Counted from the first letter of the stretch, positions 32,475 through 43,317 are shown. The stretch: 64,000 nucleotides of DNA from Paraglaciecola sp. (GCF_051252315.1 NZ_JBPOFP010000004.1:16712-80711); one strand, 5' to 3'. Notes: a model not told the origin generated them from the letters alone. Program-made: numbers and translations.

Positions 32475-33140
32475 TTAAACAATTATCGTCTTGATTGACA
32501 GCAAAGGGGGAAGCTCTAGATTTAATTGTTCACTGACGTTTAATGCTGCCACACCTTTGGGTGTACCTGTCATCACGATATCCCCTGGTAACAAGGTAAA
32601 CTGCTTTGTGATTTCAACCAACAAGTCGACTATAGAAAGCATCATATCTCCAGTATTCCCATCTTGTCTAACTTCACCATTCACAACCAATTTAAACTTG
32701 ATATCCCTTAAATCATCGATTTGATCGAATGGGATAAATTGAGACATTGGGCAACTATCGTCAAACGCTTTAGCTCGTTCCCATGGTTGGCCTTTAGCTT
32801 TGAGCTTACTCTGAATATCCCTAAGTGTAAGATCTAAGCCTAATCCTACTCCCCAAATACCAGCTTGAACTTCTTCATTAGATGCACAAGTGAGTTTAGT
32901 CTTCAACAACACAGCCACTTCTAATTCATTGTGGCACTCCCCTAAATGTTTAGGGATCTTGATATCTTGTGCGACATCACATAGAGCAGAAGAAGGCTTC
33001 ATAAAGAGTAAAGGTTGCTCAGGCACTTCATTATTTAACTCTTTAATATGCAGCATATAGTTACGGCCTACACAGACCACTTTACCCACAGGTAAATCAA
33101 CTTTTTGTTCATTTATATCTCTATGTACATATGTGGTCAT
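32475..33140 (-). CDS. ycgM: Fumarylacetoacetate hydrolase family protein YcgM
   Basis: GKVVCVGRNY..H..E, LFMKP, H.ELE, DLTLRDIQ, WE.AKAFD, TL.PGDIV.TGTP.GV. Confidence 0.93.
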   Translation of the reverse strand: MTTYVHRDINEQKVDLPVGKVVCVGRNYMLHIKELNNEVPEQPLLFMKPSSALCDVAQDIKIPKHLGECHNELEVAVLLKTKLTCASNEEVQAGIWGVGLGLDLTLRDIQSKLKAKGQPWERAKAFDDSCPMSQFIPFDQIDDLRDIKFKLVVNGEVRQDGNTGDMMLSIVDLLVEITKQFTLLPGDIVMTGTPKGVAALNVSEQLNLELPPLLSIKTIIV

Positions 33141-33142
33141 CC

Positions 33143-34114
33143 TTAACTCCCCTTTTTTATTCTGTCAGACAAATAACTGACTGATACACCAAAATAACTA
33201 GACCTGTTCCATTTCATTAACGTGTGAAAGTTTTCATACACAAGGTAAATACGTCCTTTGGCACCATCCGGCGCAATTAATGAAGCGTTTAAATCAACCT
33301 TAGGTAATGCCTCACCAGAATAGCGAGTGATACCTAATTGATGCCAATCATCAATTGGTCTAATTGCATTCCGCTTTATACTGGCTAATTTAAGGTTAAA
33401 GTCGGTCGGAATTTTGACCTGCCGCCCCCAAGTTAGCTGGTCACTCCAACCTTCTGATTTTAAAAAGTTAGCAATGGAGGCAAAGACATCGGCTTTATTG
33501 TTCCAAATATCCTTTTTTCCGTCCCCATCAAAATCAACCGCATAATTAAGAAAAGAAGTTGGCATAAACTGACTTTGGCCCATAGCACCCGCCCAAGATC
33601 CTAAAAACTTATCTTGTTCAATATGTCCCTGCTGCAAGATATCTAAAGCAGCAAATAGCTGCTTCTTAAACAGTTTTTCTCGTCGTCCATCATAGGCAAG
33701 AGAAACTAAAGAAGAGATAACAGGGTGTTTCCCCTGAATACTTCCGAAGTTACTTTCATTCCCCCACAAAGCAACAATGAAACGTTTTTGTACACCGTAG
33801 GTTTCTTCGACCTGTTCTAAAATTTGACGGTTTTCTTCTAACAATTTAACCGCTTTACTGACTTTCCAATCGGGTACACGGGTGGCTAGATATTTATCTA
33901 ACGTCATCTTAGTTTCAGGTTGGTTTTTGTCTGCTTTAACCACCTTCTTACGTAGTTTCACCGAAGCGAATGTATTCTCCAGAAACGCTTGAGAATATCC
34001 TTTAGCTAATGCTTCTTCTTTCAAATTATGTACATAATCATTAAAACTAACTTTTGCTAATGCTGAGCTGCTAAAAACAATAGCCAAAAAACACAAACAT
34101 TTAATCGGTTTCAC
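33143..34114 (-). CDS. Lytic murein transglycosylase (MltB-like, SLT_2)
   Basis: Signal peptide; ALWGNESNFG, GSWAGAMGQSQFMPTSF..YAVDFDGDG..DIW, ASIANFL...GW, WNRS.YF. Confidence 0.93.
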   Translation of the reverse strand: MKPIKCLCFLAIVFSSSALAKVSFNDYVHNLKEEALAKGYSQAFLENTFASVKLRKKVVKADKNQPETKMTLDKYLATRVPDWKVSKAVKLLEENRQILEQVEETYGVQKRFIVALWGNESNFGSIQGKHPVISSLVSLAYDGRREKLFKKQLFAALDILQQGHIEQDKFLGSWAGAMGQSQFMPTSFLNYAVDFDGDGKKDIWNNKADVFASIANFLKSEGWSDQLTWGRQVKIPTDFNLKLASIKRNAIRPIDDWHQLGITRYSGEALPKVDLNASLIAPDGAKGRIYLVYENFHTLMKWNRSSYFGVSVSYLSDRIKKGS

Positions 34115-34125
34115 AGCGGCTCCAA

Positions 34126-34401
34126 TTATTTACTTTTCATTTGTTTAAGATGTTGTTTTAACAAATCTTCCGGTGGTGGTGGTAGTTGTAAATAAAACCC
34201 ATTTAATTTCAATTCACTACGTAACTTATCAATATCAACTCGAGCCAATTCACGATCTTCTTTTAAGGGCATAATCATTAGAAATACTGGTGTGCCGAAG
34301 GTAGCCAATAAGTCTTTAGGCACCTTAGAAAAATCATCTCGTCCAGGCACATATAAATAGGTTTCTTGTTTTTTGCTACTTTTATAAACAGCACACAACA
34401 T
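34126..34401 (-). CDS. ycgL: YcgL domain protein
   Basis: MLCAVYKSSKK.ETYLYV..RDDFS.VP..L...FG.P, GFYLQLPPP. Confidence 0.93.
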   Translation of the reverse strand: MLCAVYKSSKKQETYLYVPGRDDFSKVPKDLLATFGTPVFLMIMPLKEDRELARVDIDKLRSELKLNGFYLQLPPPPEDLLKQHLKQMKSK

Positions 34402-35568
34402 TTATTTAGGCTCCTTTTCAAGGGCTTCTGAAAGTTTCAAACTACTCACTTTTAATAACTCGTCTTCAAATAAAGGTTTACGCCAACCACTGATCAAATC
34501 GGGTTGCATGTTTAAAGCGCGGGTTTCGTCACTTTTAAACCAACACCATTTTATAATTTGGTTAATTTGTTTTTTCGATCCCACTAGCTCAACTGGAATT
34601 TCATATTCTCCAGCAATTCGACTGCAAATTTTACGTATTGCCGACACCGTATTTTTATTTTCTTCAAAGTCGTTTAACCGCTCTACTCTAGGTGGGAACA
34701 GTTTAGGTGTTACCTCTTGGCACTCTTTAACTATTTCCACTAACACATCACCATGAATGCGTATTTCGTGAGGGTTCATACTTTGAATTGCATTCAGTGC
34801 GTTTTTTGTTAAAGGTTGTTGTCGAGCAATTTCGATGAGGTTTTCTTCTCTCACAACAAAGTTTAACGCCATATCTCTTTTTCGGGCAGTTGCCGTACGC
34901 CAGGCTGCAAGTTTTCGTAAAATTAATATTGAACGACCACTTAACTTCCAGTTATTTTTTAAACCTAAATACACCTCTTCAAGTGGGATTGAATTTTTCT
35001 TTTTAGCAGACAATAACTCTATCTCTGAGTATACCCAAGGTAACTTATTCTGGCACTCAACTTTAGTCTTAAGTTCTGGGTATAATTGGAATAAATACAA
35101 GACGTCATTTGCCGCATAGACACACTGTTCTTTTCGCAAAGGACGGGCTATCCAATCGGTTCTAGACTCACCTTTATCAACGGTAATTCCCAACATTTGT
35201 TCTACTAACTTTGCATAACCTAAAGAGGTTCCCATGCCAACAATACTGGCAGCAAATTGCGTATCAAATATCGGCGAGGGCATCACATTAAAGGCATGCC
35301 AAAATGTCTCTAAATCTTCGGAACAAGAGTGTAAAACCTTAACGACATTGGGGTTAATTAATAAATCTTTTAAAGCATTAAAATCACTGATGCTTAATGG
35401 GTCAATTAATACTAGTTGTTTGCCGTCGTATATTTGAATCAATCCTAACTTAGGATAAAGAGTGCGCGTTCTGACAAATTCAGTGTCTACCGCAATGGCC
35501 TCAGCCTGACTTGCTTGAGCACAAAACTCATTGAGAACGTGATTGTCCGTGATAAAAGTATATTGCAT
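34402..35568 (-). CDS. rnd: Ribonuclease D
   Basis: AVDTEF.RTRTLYP.LGLIQ, KVLHSCSEDLE, FDTQ.AA, K.ESRTDW..RPL, YAANDV; HRDC domain follows. Confidence 0.97.
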   Translation of the reverse strand: MQYTFITDNHVLNEFCAQASQAEAIAVDTEFVRTRTLYPKLGLIQIYDGKQLVLIDPLSISDFNALKDLLINPNVVKVLHSCSEDLETFWHAFNVMPSPIFDTQFAASIVGMGTSLGYAKLVEQMLGITVDKGESRTDWIARPLRKEQCVYAANDVLYLFQLYPELKTKVECQNKLPWVYSEIELLSAKKKNSIPLEEVYLGLKNNWKLSGRSILILRKLAAWRTATARKRDMALNFVVREENLIEIARQQPLTKNALNAIQSMNPHEIRIHGDVLVEIVKECQEVTPKLFPPRVERLNDFEENKNTVSAIRKICSRIAGEYEIPVELVGSKKQINQIIKWCWFKSDETRALNMQPDLISGWRKPLFEDELLKVSSLKLSEALEKEPK

Positions 35569-35664
35569 GAAAATCCAAAACATTAAAAAGCCGGCTAGAG
35601 CCGGCTATGATACCAAACCGAAAGAGTTTGGGATGGGAAATTTGTTAAACCTTCGTAAGTTTAA

Positions 35665-37317
35665 TTACTCTCTTAATTCTCTACGCAGTATCTTACCAAC
35701 ATTACTTTTAGGAAGCTCGTCTCTAAATTCAACTTTTTTAGGTACTTTGTATCCTGTCAATTGAGTTCGACAATGTTCAATCACATCTTTTTCTGTCAGC
35801 GCGGTATTAGAGGTTACGACAAATACCTTAACCACTTCGCCCGAAACGTCGTGTTGAACTCCAACAGCTGCGGCTTCTACAATATCAGCGTGCATAGCCA
35901 ACACTTCTTCTATTTCATTTGGAAATACATTGAAGCCAGATACCAAAATCATATCTTTTTTACGGTCGACTAAGTAGAAATACCCGTCTTCATCACATTT
36001 AGCAATATCACCCGTGGCTAACCAACCGTCTTTGATTATTTCAGCTGTAGCTTCAGGCCTATTTAAGTAACCTTTCATGACGTTAGGGCCTTTTACCCAC
36101 ATTTCTCCAGCTTCGCCCAAAGCTACTTCATTGCCGTCATCATCCACAAGTTTGATATCAACAGAAGGCACAGGTAAACCTATTGAACCATTGTATGCCG
36201 ATAATTGAGGCGGGTTAACGGTGACGACAGGCGAACACTCGGTTAATCCATACCCTTCTAATAAAACTTGTCCTGTCACGGCAGCCCACTTTTCAGCAAC
36301 AGGCCTTTGTACAGCAGCTCCCCCACCTAAAGCAAACTTCATGTTTTTAAAGTTCAATTTGTCGAACCCTGGTGTATTGAGTAAACCATTAAATAAAGTG
36401 TTTACGCCAATGAGTATAGTAAATGGATATTTTGCGATTTCGGCAACAAAACCAGGCATATCTCTAGGGTTGGTAATTAAAAGATTCGAACAACCAAACT
36501 TAATAAAGGTGAAACAATTAACTTGCAGAGCAAATATATGATACAGAGGCAAAGCCGTTACAACAAAATCCTGCCCTTCATCAATAACTGTGGATAACAG
36601 CTGAGAGTTTTGCTCTAGATTAGCCAACATATTTCTATGGGTTAACATCGCTCCTTTTGAAACCCCTGTTGTTCCACCAGTGTATTGCAAAAAGGCGATA
36701 TCTTCGCCTGTTACCTCTGCTCGGTTAAAAGACTGTTTACTACCCAATTTAAGGGCGGTTAAAAACGAATCCGCATCAGGTAAGTGGTAACTTGGCACAA
36801 TCTTTTTCACATGTTTCACTACAAAGTTAGTCAACACTTTTTTAACGGGCGATAACATGTCACCTAAAGAAGTGAGTACCACTTTTTTGATCTGAGTTTG
36901 TCCAATCACCTCTGTTAAGACATGGGCGAAATTATCAACAATAACAATACCCTGAGCGTTAGAGTCTTTAAGTTGATGTTCTAGTTCTCTTGCCGTGTAT
37001 AGAGGATTGACATTAACCACTGTCATACCTGCACGCAAAATACCAAACAAAGCAACAGGGTATTGGATCAAATTAGGCATCATAATGGCTATTGCATCAC
37101 CTGCTTTAAAGCCTGAAGATTGCAGATACGCAGCAAAGTTTTTACTTAACTCATCTAATTCAGCAAAAGTAATACTTTTGCCCATATTGATGTAACTTGT
37201 CTTATCAGAGAATTGTGCGACTGACTGCTCTAACACTTCAACCAAAGAAGAATAATGATCGGGGTTTATTTCTGCCGCTACCTTTTCGTCGTAGCTTTTT
37301 AACCAAATTTTTTCCAC
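35665..37317 (-). CDS. fadD: Long-chain-fatty-acid--CoA ligase
   Basis: [64 protein letters not shown]; GTG start with GGAGG SD. Confidence 0.97.
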   Translation of the reverse strand: MEKIWLKSYDEKVAAEINPDHYSSLVEVLEQSVAQFSDKTSYINMGKSITFAELDELSKNFAAYLQSSGFKAGDAIAIMMPNLIQYPVALFGILRAGMTVVNVNPLYTARELEHQLKDSNAQGIVIVDNFAHVLTEVIGQTQIKKVVLTSLGDMLSPVKKVLTNFVVKHVKKIVPSYHLPDADSFLTALKLGSKQSFNRAEVTGEDIAFLQYTGGTTGVSKGAMLTHRNMLANLEQNSQLLSTVIDEGQDFVVTALPLYHIFALQVNCFTFIKFGCSNLLITNPRDMPGFVAEIAKYPFTILIGVNTLFNGLLNTPGFDKLNFKNMKFALGGGAAVQRPVAEKWAAVTGQVLLEGYGLTECSPVVTVNPPQLSAYNGSIGLPVPSVDIKLVDDDGNEVALGEAGEMWVKGPNVMKGYLNRPEATAEIIKDGWLATGDIAKCDEDGYFYLVDRKKDMILVSGFNVFPNEIEEVLAMHADIVEAAAVGVQHDVSGEVVKVFVVTSNTALTEKDVIEHCRTQLTGYKVPKKVEFRDELPKSNVGKILRRELRE

Positions 37318-37390
37318 TGTGCCTCCAGGCAAGACCTCTCAAGCACACTTTTCGCTATAAAGAGATTTGTATATTTTGTATGCTAGTACC

Positions 37391-37407
37391 AACTAGCCCG
37401 ACCAGTA
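37391..37407. promoter_or_regulatory. Candidate FadR box upstream of fadD
   Basis: AACTAGCCCGACCAGTA, 13/16 to AACTGGTCnGACCAGTT, 74-90 nt upstream of the fadD start. Confidence 0.65.
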
Positions 37408-37454
37408 TGATACCTAAAGAATAAAAAAAGATAAATCAACAAATTATTAACAAC

Positions 37455-38300
37455 TCATTGATATATTAAAAACCTATGAACATGTTGAGCAACGATGGCA
37501 GAGTTATCCATATGTAAATGGTGGTGACCTTCACAGCTTATATGCAAAACGTCTGTTACCCATGCTTGTCTGCTAGTCACTGCTTGTTGAACAAAATCAA
37601 ACCCTTGTTTGCCGCTGATCACTAAAACTGGACAAATGATACGTCGCATAAACCCTTCCGCTTGCTCTTCCGTCATTCTTAAAGATGAATAGGTGCGTAA
37701 ACGTTTATCTGAACTAAACACCAAACAACCATCTTTTTGTTTAATATTTCGTTTAACCAATAAACTTGCAGACTCGATACTCATATGCCCCACTAGCGCT
37801 CTAGCCTTAATGGTTTTGTCTACACTTTTAATCGGTTTAGATTGAGTGCTCTGGATTTGCAAGCGACTTATAATTGACTCTTCGAGTTGTGTAGCACTCG
37901 TCATAGCTTCCTTGGTCATGGGTCCAAAAGACTCTATGCAAATTAACTTTCGGATCTTTGATGGGAAAGCACTGGCATATAAAGATGCAATAATACCGCC
38001 CATAGAATGCCCCATTAGAATAAATGACGACCAATTTTGAACCGTCACTAATTCATGGATATCTTGTACAAAATCGACTAAATGATAATGAGCGTCGGCA
38101 CTTCTATGCTGCGACTTTCCATGACCTGTCATATCAATGGCTAATACATAAAAATCTTCTAAGTTCGCGGCTATAGGTACAAAACTCGCCGCATTGTCTA
38201 ACCAGCCATGTAATGCCAGTATCATAGGTTTATTTGGATTGCCAAACCCTATGCCCCTTATTGTGTAATGCCTTAGTTGGCATTCAAATTCATGTTGCAC
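37455..38300 (-). CDS. Alpha/beta hydrolase (lipase/esterase)
   Basis: LHGWLDNAASF, GHGKS.H, GHSMGG nucleophile elbow, GHHHLHM. Confidence 0.92.
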   Translation of the reverse strand: MQHEFECQLRHYTIRGIGFGNPNKPMILALHGWLDNAASFVPIAANLEDFYVLAIDMTGHGKSQHRSADAHYHLVDFVQDIHELVTVQNWSSFILMGHSMGGIIASLYASAFPSKIRKLICIESFGPMTKEAMTSATQLEESIISRLQIQSTQSKPIKSVDKTIKARALVGHMSIESASLLVKRNIKQKDGCLVFSSDKRLRTYSSLRMTEEQAEGFMRRIICPVLVISGKQGFDFVQQAVTSRQAWVTDVLHISCEGHHHLHMDNSAIVAQHVHRFLIYQ

Positions 38301-38399
38301 GTATCACCTTTAATGATTCAGATAGCCCACAAAAAAAGCGGCAATAAATTGCCGCTTTACACTAAAATGTTGCCGGAAACTGCATCTTTTTGCAGTCTT

Positions 38400-39047
38400 C
38401 TATTTTATATCGTTAGCACTGCTGACCGGTTTAGGATAGGTGCTTGCTCCACTTGGCAAAGATACACCACTCGGACGAGATGAACCTGTAGAATGATGTC
38501 TACCTGAGTCATTAGAGCTACGAATAATCACTCGTCTAGAAAAAGGTCTAGGGTAATGATTAAACCAATAATCATAGGGCCAAATGTCTACGCGGCTTAT
38601 GTCAATTCTTTGCAGTTTTTTCCATAGGTAGTAGTTTGTAACATTGGCACTTGGAAATACGTATTTATGTTCACCAACGAGCCCCTCTTCAACTCCTGTT
38701 AACTCGCCAGTAAATGTCATTAAGCGGCCAACTTGATACACCATAGGATCCATAAATCCATTAACGTGAATACGAAAACGTCCCATGCTTTCATCTGACG
38801 AAAGTGGTCTGCCATAACTAGTCAAAGGATAATAAACCATTTCTAACATGGTCGATTTTTCTTTATTTTCAACTTTAACAATTGCCCCGCCCCATCGAAT
38901 GCTTTGGCCTTTTACCTGATCAGCTTTAGAAGCGGCATCTTGATAACTGACTAATACATTAGGATCGGTAACTTGTAGTTTTTCAGGATAACTCGCACAA
39001 CCAGCAAGGCCCAAAGCCATAAAAATTAAACATACTCTGATAATCAT
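38400..39047 (-). CDS. slp: Slp family outer-membrane lipoprotein
   Basis: ALGLAG-C lipobox from ATG 39047; RWGG.I..VEN, GRP, GRF, GF.DP..Y..GR..TFTG, Y.FP; synteny with fadD/tsaB. Confidence 0.9.
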   Translation of the reverse strand: MIIRVCLIFMALGLAGCASYPEKLQVTDPNVLVSYQDAASKADQVKGQSIRWGGAIVKVENKEKSTMLEMVYYPLTSYGRPLSSDESMGRFRIHVNGFMDPMVYQVGRLMTFTGELTGVEEGLVGEHKYVFPSANVTNYYLWKKLQRIDISRVDIWPYDYWFNHYPRPFSRRVIIRSSNDSGRHHSTGSSRPSGVSLPSGASTYPKPVSSANDIK

Positions 39048-39135
39048 AATCGCCCTTTCAATAAAGATTCTAATCACATGATAACTGAACAATTGTGTTT
39101 GGTGTAACGTAAATATTACATTCTGAAAAAGATTT

Positions 39136-39444
39136 TTAAACGAATGTATCAACACCTAACAACAATTGAATGTTTTGACGTTGTTGGTCTTTTTCAATAC
39201 TTTCATATGCAGCAATAGCTTGCTGTTCATTTAAGCTTTTATTGGATTGAGAGTGGGGTTGCTTACGAAAAGTTTCAGCTTTTTTTAAACTTTCTTCATC
39301 GCCGGGGCGAATAACGGTAACTTGAGAACTAGAGACCTGTTCATTTTTGTCACCCACAGGCTTAACTTCACGGGGTTTATCCCGATGAGTACGAGCAACA
39401 TCTAAGGCTCTTAAGGCAGATGACGACAACGAATCAATTGACAA
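39136..39444 (-). CDS. Hypothetical protein
   Basis: 102 aa; TTG start with AAGGA SD; C-terminal AIAAY.SI...QQR..IQ.LLGVD.FV. Confidence 0.65.
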   Translation of the reverse strand: MSIDSLSSSALRALDVARTHRDKPREVKPVGDKNEQVSSSQVTVIRPGDEESLKKAETFRKQPHSQSNKSLNEQQAIAAYESIEKDQQRQNIQLLLGVDTFV

Positions 39445-39686
39445 AAACGCGTTCCTTTAACTTTAAACGAGTGAAACAAATTCTTTTACATGGCAAAAAA
39501 TTGCCGTAAAACTGAAATAAATACAAGAATCGTTCCAATATGTGTTGGCTGAGCTCAAGAACATACATAAAAAGGGGAAGGGTTATTCGTTTTTTGGGAT
39601 AACTTATTTGTTTGCTTATTTATTTAACCTTAAGGGAGGCTGAGTAAAAGTTTACCAGCCACCTTTTAAGTTATTATAAAGTCAGG

Positions 39687-40277
39687 TTATACACAGTAGT
39701 TAGTATCTTCTGATGATATTTCTTTAACTAAAGAAATGGTCCCATCACTATAAACATCAACTAAATCCTTTCCTTTTTTACCACAGTTATTATCCCAAGA
39801 TACTAATGCTCTGTAGCCATACTCAGTAATGTCGTATTTAAGCAACTCGTACCCTTGAGCAGACGACCAAAGGGCGAGTTCTGCTGGTGTATCAATAGAC
39901 CCCAGAAACGTTAATAGATCATCCTTAGATTCAATTACAAATACGGAGTCTACAAGTAATCCGACACCATAAATTGGACAGTAAGAAGGAAGACACTCAC
40001 CTTTAAAGCCATTATTAGTATCCGAATTAGTTAACAATTCCAACTGATACTCCGAGAGATTAATATACATATCGTCGTCATATCTTATTTGTACGGTATC
40101 TTCCGACGCATCTTGGCCAGCCATATTTCCACGCCTGACTTCCCAATAGATATAATCTTCACTTAAATTAAAATCGGAGAACTTTGGAGATAATTCATAT
40201 TTGGTTAATGGAAGGTTATCTTTGTCCTCACAACCAGCCAACAGTAATGTAACCAATACCAAGTTTAGTAAACGCAT
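39687..40277 (-). CDS. Hypothetical lipoprotein
   Basis: MRLLNLVLVTLLLAG-C lipobox; four further Cys (CLPSYC, NNC, YC) suggest disulfides. Confidence 0.8.
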   Translation of the reverse strand: MRLLNLVLVTLLLAGCEDKDNLPLTKYELSPKFSDFNLSEDYIYWEVRRGNMAGQDASEDTVQIRYDDDMYINLSEYQLELLTNSDTNNGFKGECLPSYCPIYGVGLLVDSVFVIESKDDLLTFLGSIDTPAELALWSSAQGYELLKYDITEYGYRALVSWDNNCGKKGKDLVDVYSDGTISLVKEISSEDTNYCV

Positions 40278-40354
40278 ATGCTTCCTTTCTGCTTAACCCA
40301 TCGTTAATGGGGGAATTGAATTTGGCTCAAATAGAGAAGTACTAGCCAATGTTT

Positions 40355-40567
40355 TTAATTGGTGAACAGGTCGAATACATTACCTAAGGTACTGGTTTTG
40401 CCGCGATAAAATTCGGTGTAAGTACAATTAGAGCAAATAACTGCAGTAAATTTACGATTTTGCATATCAAATATTTTAGACCACCCACTCCCTGTAGTCG
40501 CAATAGTATCTGTTTCGTAATCTCTACAATCACATTTTGGGCACTTCCAACTGTTTGACATATTCAC
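40355..40567 (-). CDS. Small Zn-ribbon protein (DUF2082-like)
   Basis: CPKC...C..C pairs, SK.FD.QN.KF..V.C.NC.YTEFY. Confidence 0.85.
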   Translation of the reverse strand: MNMSNSWKCPKCDCRDYETDTIATTGSGWSKIFDMQNRKFTAVICSNCTYTEFYRGKTSTLGNVFDLFTN

Positions 40568-40702
40568 TCCCTGTTTGATGTAAACTTAATACTTATAAAA
40601 ACTATGACCGTCTAATATTCAGGCCATATTTTTACACATCCTCTGCGCTGTTCTTTTATAACCGTTTTCTTTTGCTGAGGCAAAAGGTACTTTAAAAAAT
40701 CC

Positions 40703-41389
40703 CTACTCTCTACCTGGTAACTTCTTCCACGTCACCTTGTCTCGCAAATAAACCGGTTGAATATCTTCAACACTTACAGCTTGGCCTAAACCAATATTCT
40801 CCTCTGCCAGAGGCAACATAAATTGTGCATCAGGGTACAAAACATTATCAGCTACAGTTAAGTCATTATTTGGATTTAAACTTTCGTAAGCCACCCAACC
40901 TGTCCCTACTCCTACTGAACCAATAGATACGTCAATCAAAGACTGAGCCTGCTCTGGTGGGATTACTTGTTCAGTACCGACTAATTGCATAACACCATTG
41001 AGCAATTTATATTCTGCAAAATACACCTCTGACATGCGTGCATCTATCGCAGCGTAAACGTGATTTACATTTTGTTTTGCCGCCGCTTGTTGAGACATTG
41101 CCGCAAGTGTTGACACCCCCACCACCCTAAGATCTGTACCTAAGGCTAACCCTTGTATGATCCCCGTAGCAATTCTCACTCCGGTAAAACTGCCTGGACC
41201 ACGGCCAAAGCCTAAGTAATCTAAGTCTTTGAGTTCACAATTGGCCTGTTTAAGTACCTGATCGACCATAGGCAAAATACGTTGACTATGTTGTTGTGGA
41301 CACACTTCAAACTGACTATATACTTTGCCATCTAGCTTTAATGCAACCGAACAGGCCTCTGTGGCGGTATCAATAATTAGTAGGTTCAT
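40703..41389 (-). CDS. tsaB: tRNA threonylcarbamoyladenosine biosynthesis protein TsaB
   Basis: LIIDTATEACSVAL, HSQRILPMV, GRGPGSFTGVRI, IDARMSEVY, P.YLRD.V.WKKLPGRE; 4-bp overlap with yoaA. Confidence 0.97.
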   Translation of the reverse strand: MNLLIIDTATEACSVALKLDGKVYSQFEVCPQQHSQRILPMVDQVLKQANCELKDLDYLGFGRGPGSFTGVRIATGIIQGLALGTDLRVVGVSTLAAMSQQAAAKQNVNHVYAAIDARMSEVYFAEYKLLNGVMQLVGTEQVIPPEQAQSLIDVSIGSVGVGTGWVAYESLNPNNDLTVADNVLYPDAQFMLPLAEENIGLGQAVSVEDIQPVYLRDKVTWKKLPGRE

Positions 41390-43317
41390 TCTTGCTCTCT
41401 GTCTTGATGAATGTCGTGCAGAAAGTCTATGGCTTTCTGCAGATCTCTTGTTCGATACATGTCGGGTAAACTGCCCATAAAAATTTTGCCATAATCTTTA
41501 GTCACAAGTCGATTATCACAAATCACTAACACACCTTTGTCGCCTTCATCACGAATAAGCCTGCCAGCGCCTTGTTTCAAAGAAATGGCGGCTTGTGGAA
41601 TTTGCAATTGTGCAAACGGATTCCCGCCACCTTTACGGCAATCTTCAATGCGCGCTTGTAACAATGGATCATCTGGAGAAGCAAAAGGGAGTTTATCGAT
41701 CAACACACAGGTTAAATCATCCCCTCTTACATCAACCCCTTCCCAAAACGCACCAGTACCTAATAATACGGCGTCTTTGTTGGCAATATAACTATCTAGC
41801 AAAGCGCGTTTGGTAGTGGTGCCTTGTACTAAAATAGGGTTATCAATTTTATCTTCTAACTGGCTGGCAATGGCTCTTAAGGCTGCGTGACTTGTAAACA
41901 ATAAAAAACATCTTCCTCGGCTGGCTTTCACCAATTTGATTGAAATATCTAATAAGGTACTACGCATTTCTCTGGCATTGGGCTCAGGTAAAAATCGTGG
42001 AACACATAACATAGCTTGTTTGGGATAATCAAAAGGGCTTTCTAAAGATAAGGTTTGTGCTTTGTCTAAACCCATTTGACGTTGAAAATGGCCAAAACCA
42101 CCATCCACCATCAAAGTAGCAGAGGTAAACACCCAACTCCGTTTAGGTTCAGCAATAAAATCAGAAAACTTTTGCGCAATACTTAACGGCGTTAAATGCA
42201 AAATAATATGTCGCATTGTGGTTTCGTACCACAAACTCACGCCCAATAAACTCGTGTCGATTAAACGAGATAGTTTGCCTTTCGCTTCACACACCCGTTC
42301 ATAAATATTGTCTAAATCTTTGTCTCTGCCTAAGTGTAATTTCAATACTTCGTATAACACAGTCAGGCTATCAGTCAGTTTTGTTATCTGAGTTTGAACG
42401 TCTTCTCTTTGTAACATTTCTCGCCAGTTACCCTTCTTGGGTTGTTCTGGAAATAACATACGTAAATCAGCCGCAATCATCTTGCACTTTTCAGCAGCAC
42501 TATGTAATTGTTTTGCATCTTTTAAAACAGTGCGATACACCACTTCAATATCGCGACTCATATCTTGCAGTTGTCTACTCGACAAACTTTCACCAAAATA
42601 TTCACTAGCGATATCTGGGATCTGATGGGCCTCATCAAATACGACTAAATCAGCTTCAGGAATAAGTTCACCAAAACCAATGTCTTTTAAGGCCATATCA
42701 GCAAAAAATAAATGATGATTCACTACAACCACATCTGCTGCTAACGCTTTACCTCTGGCTTTGACTAAATAACAATCTTCGTAATCAGGACAATCTTTAC
42801 CTAAACAATTATCTGCCGTTGAGGTGACAAATGGCAATACTTTAGCGTCTTCTGCCAAAGACTTCATGTCTCCCATATCCCCGGTTTTAGTGGAAGAAGA
42901 CCACTGTCTAACCTGAGTTAACTCAGACAGGGTATTTTTATCTAGCAGAGTATTGTTGTAACCATGTTGTTTTAACCTGTGGATACATAAATAATTAGAA
43001 CGGCCTTTTAACAAGGCGGTTTTTCTATGTGAGTCCAAGGCTTTTTTAACTAAGGGTAAATCTCGGTGAAACAGTTGTTCTTGAAGGTTTTTGGTGCCTG
43101 TAGACACGATAGTCTTTTTATCAGACAACATAGCTGGGACTAAATATGCAAAAGTTTTACCTGTACCAGTACCCGCTTCCACAATGAGTGGTGATTTAGT
43201 TTGAATGATTTTTTCCACTGCCACGGCCATATCAGTTTGGGCCTGCCGAGGAGCAAAACCATCAATGGCTTGAGATAACTTGCCATCAACAGCAAACAAA
43301 GAAGAAGTTTTGGACAT
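41386..43317 (-). CDS. yoaA: DinG-family Fe-S ATP-dependent DNA helicase YoaA
   Basis: EAGTGTGKT, KGRSNYLC, NCLGKDCP..EDC, DEAH, SATL, FWEGVDV, KQGAGRLIR. Confidence 0.96.
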   Translation of the reverse strand: MSKTSSLFAVDGKLSQAIDGFAPRQAQTDMAVAVEKIIQTKSPLIVEAGTGTGKTFAYLVPAMLSDKKTIVSTGTKNLQEQLFHRDLPLVKKALDSHRKTALLKGRSNYLCIHRLKQHGYNNTLLDKNTLSELTQVRQWSSSTKTGDMGDMKSLAEDAKVLPFVTSTADNCLGKDCPDYEDCYLVKARGKALAADVVVVNHHLFFADMALKDIGFGELIPEADLVVFDEAHQIPDIASEYFGESLSSRQLQDMSRDIEVVYRTVLKDAKQLHSAAEKCKMIAADLRMLFPEQPKKGNWREMLQREDVQTQITKLTDSLTVLYEVLKLHLGRDKDLDNIYERVCEAKGKLSRLIDTSLLGVSLWYETTMRHIILHLTPLSIAQKFSDFIAEPKRSWVFTSATLMVDGGFGHFQRQMGLDKAQTLSLESPFDYPKQAMLCVPRFLPEPNAREMRSTLLDISIKLVKASRGRCFLLFTSHAALRAIASQLEDKIDNPILVQGTTTKRALLDSYIANKDAVLLGTGAFWEGVDVRGDDLTCVLIDKLPFASPDDPLLQARIEDCRKGGGNPFAQLQIPQAAISLKQGAGRLIRDEGDKGVLVICDNRLVTKDYGKIFMGSLPDMYRTRDLQKAIDFLHDIHQDREQE

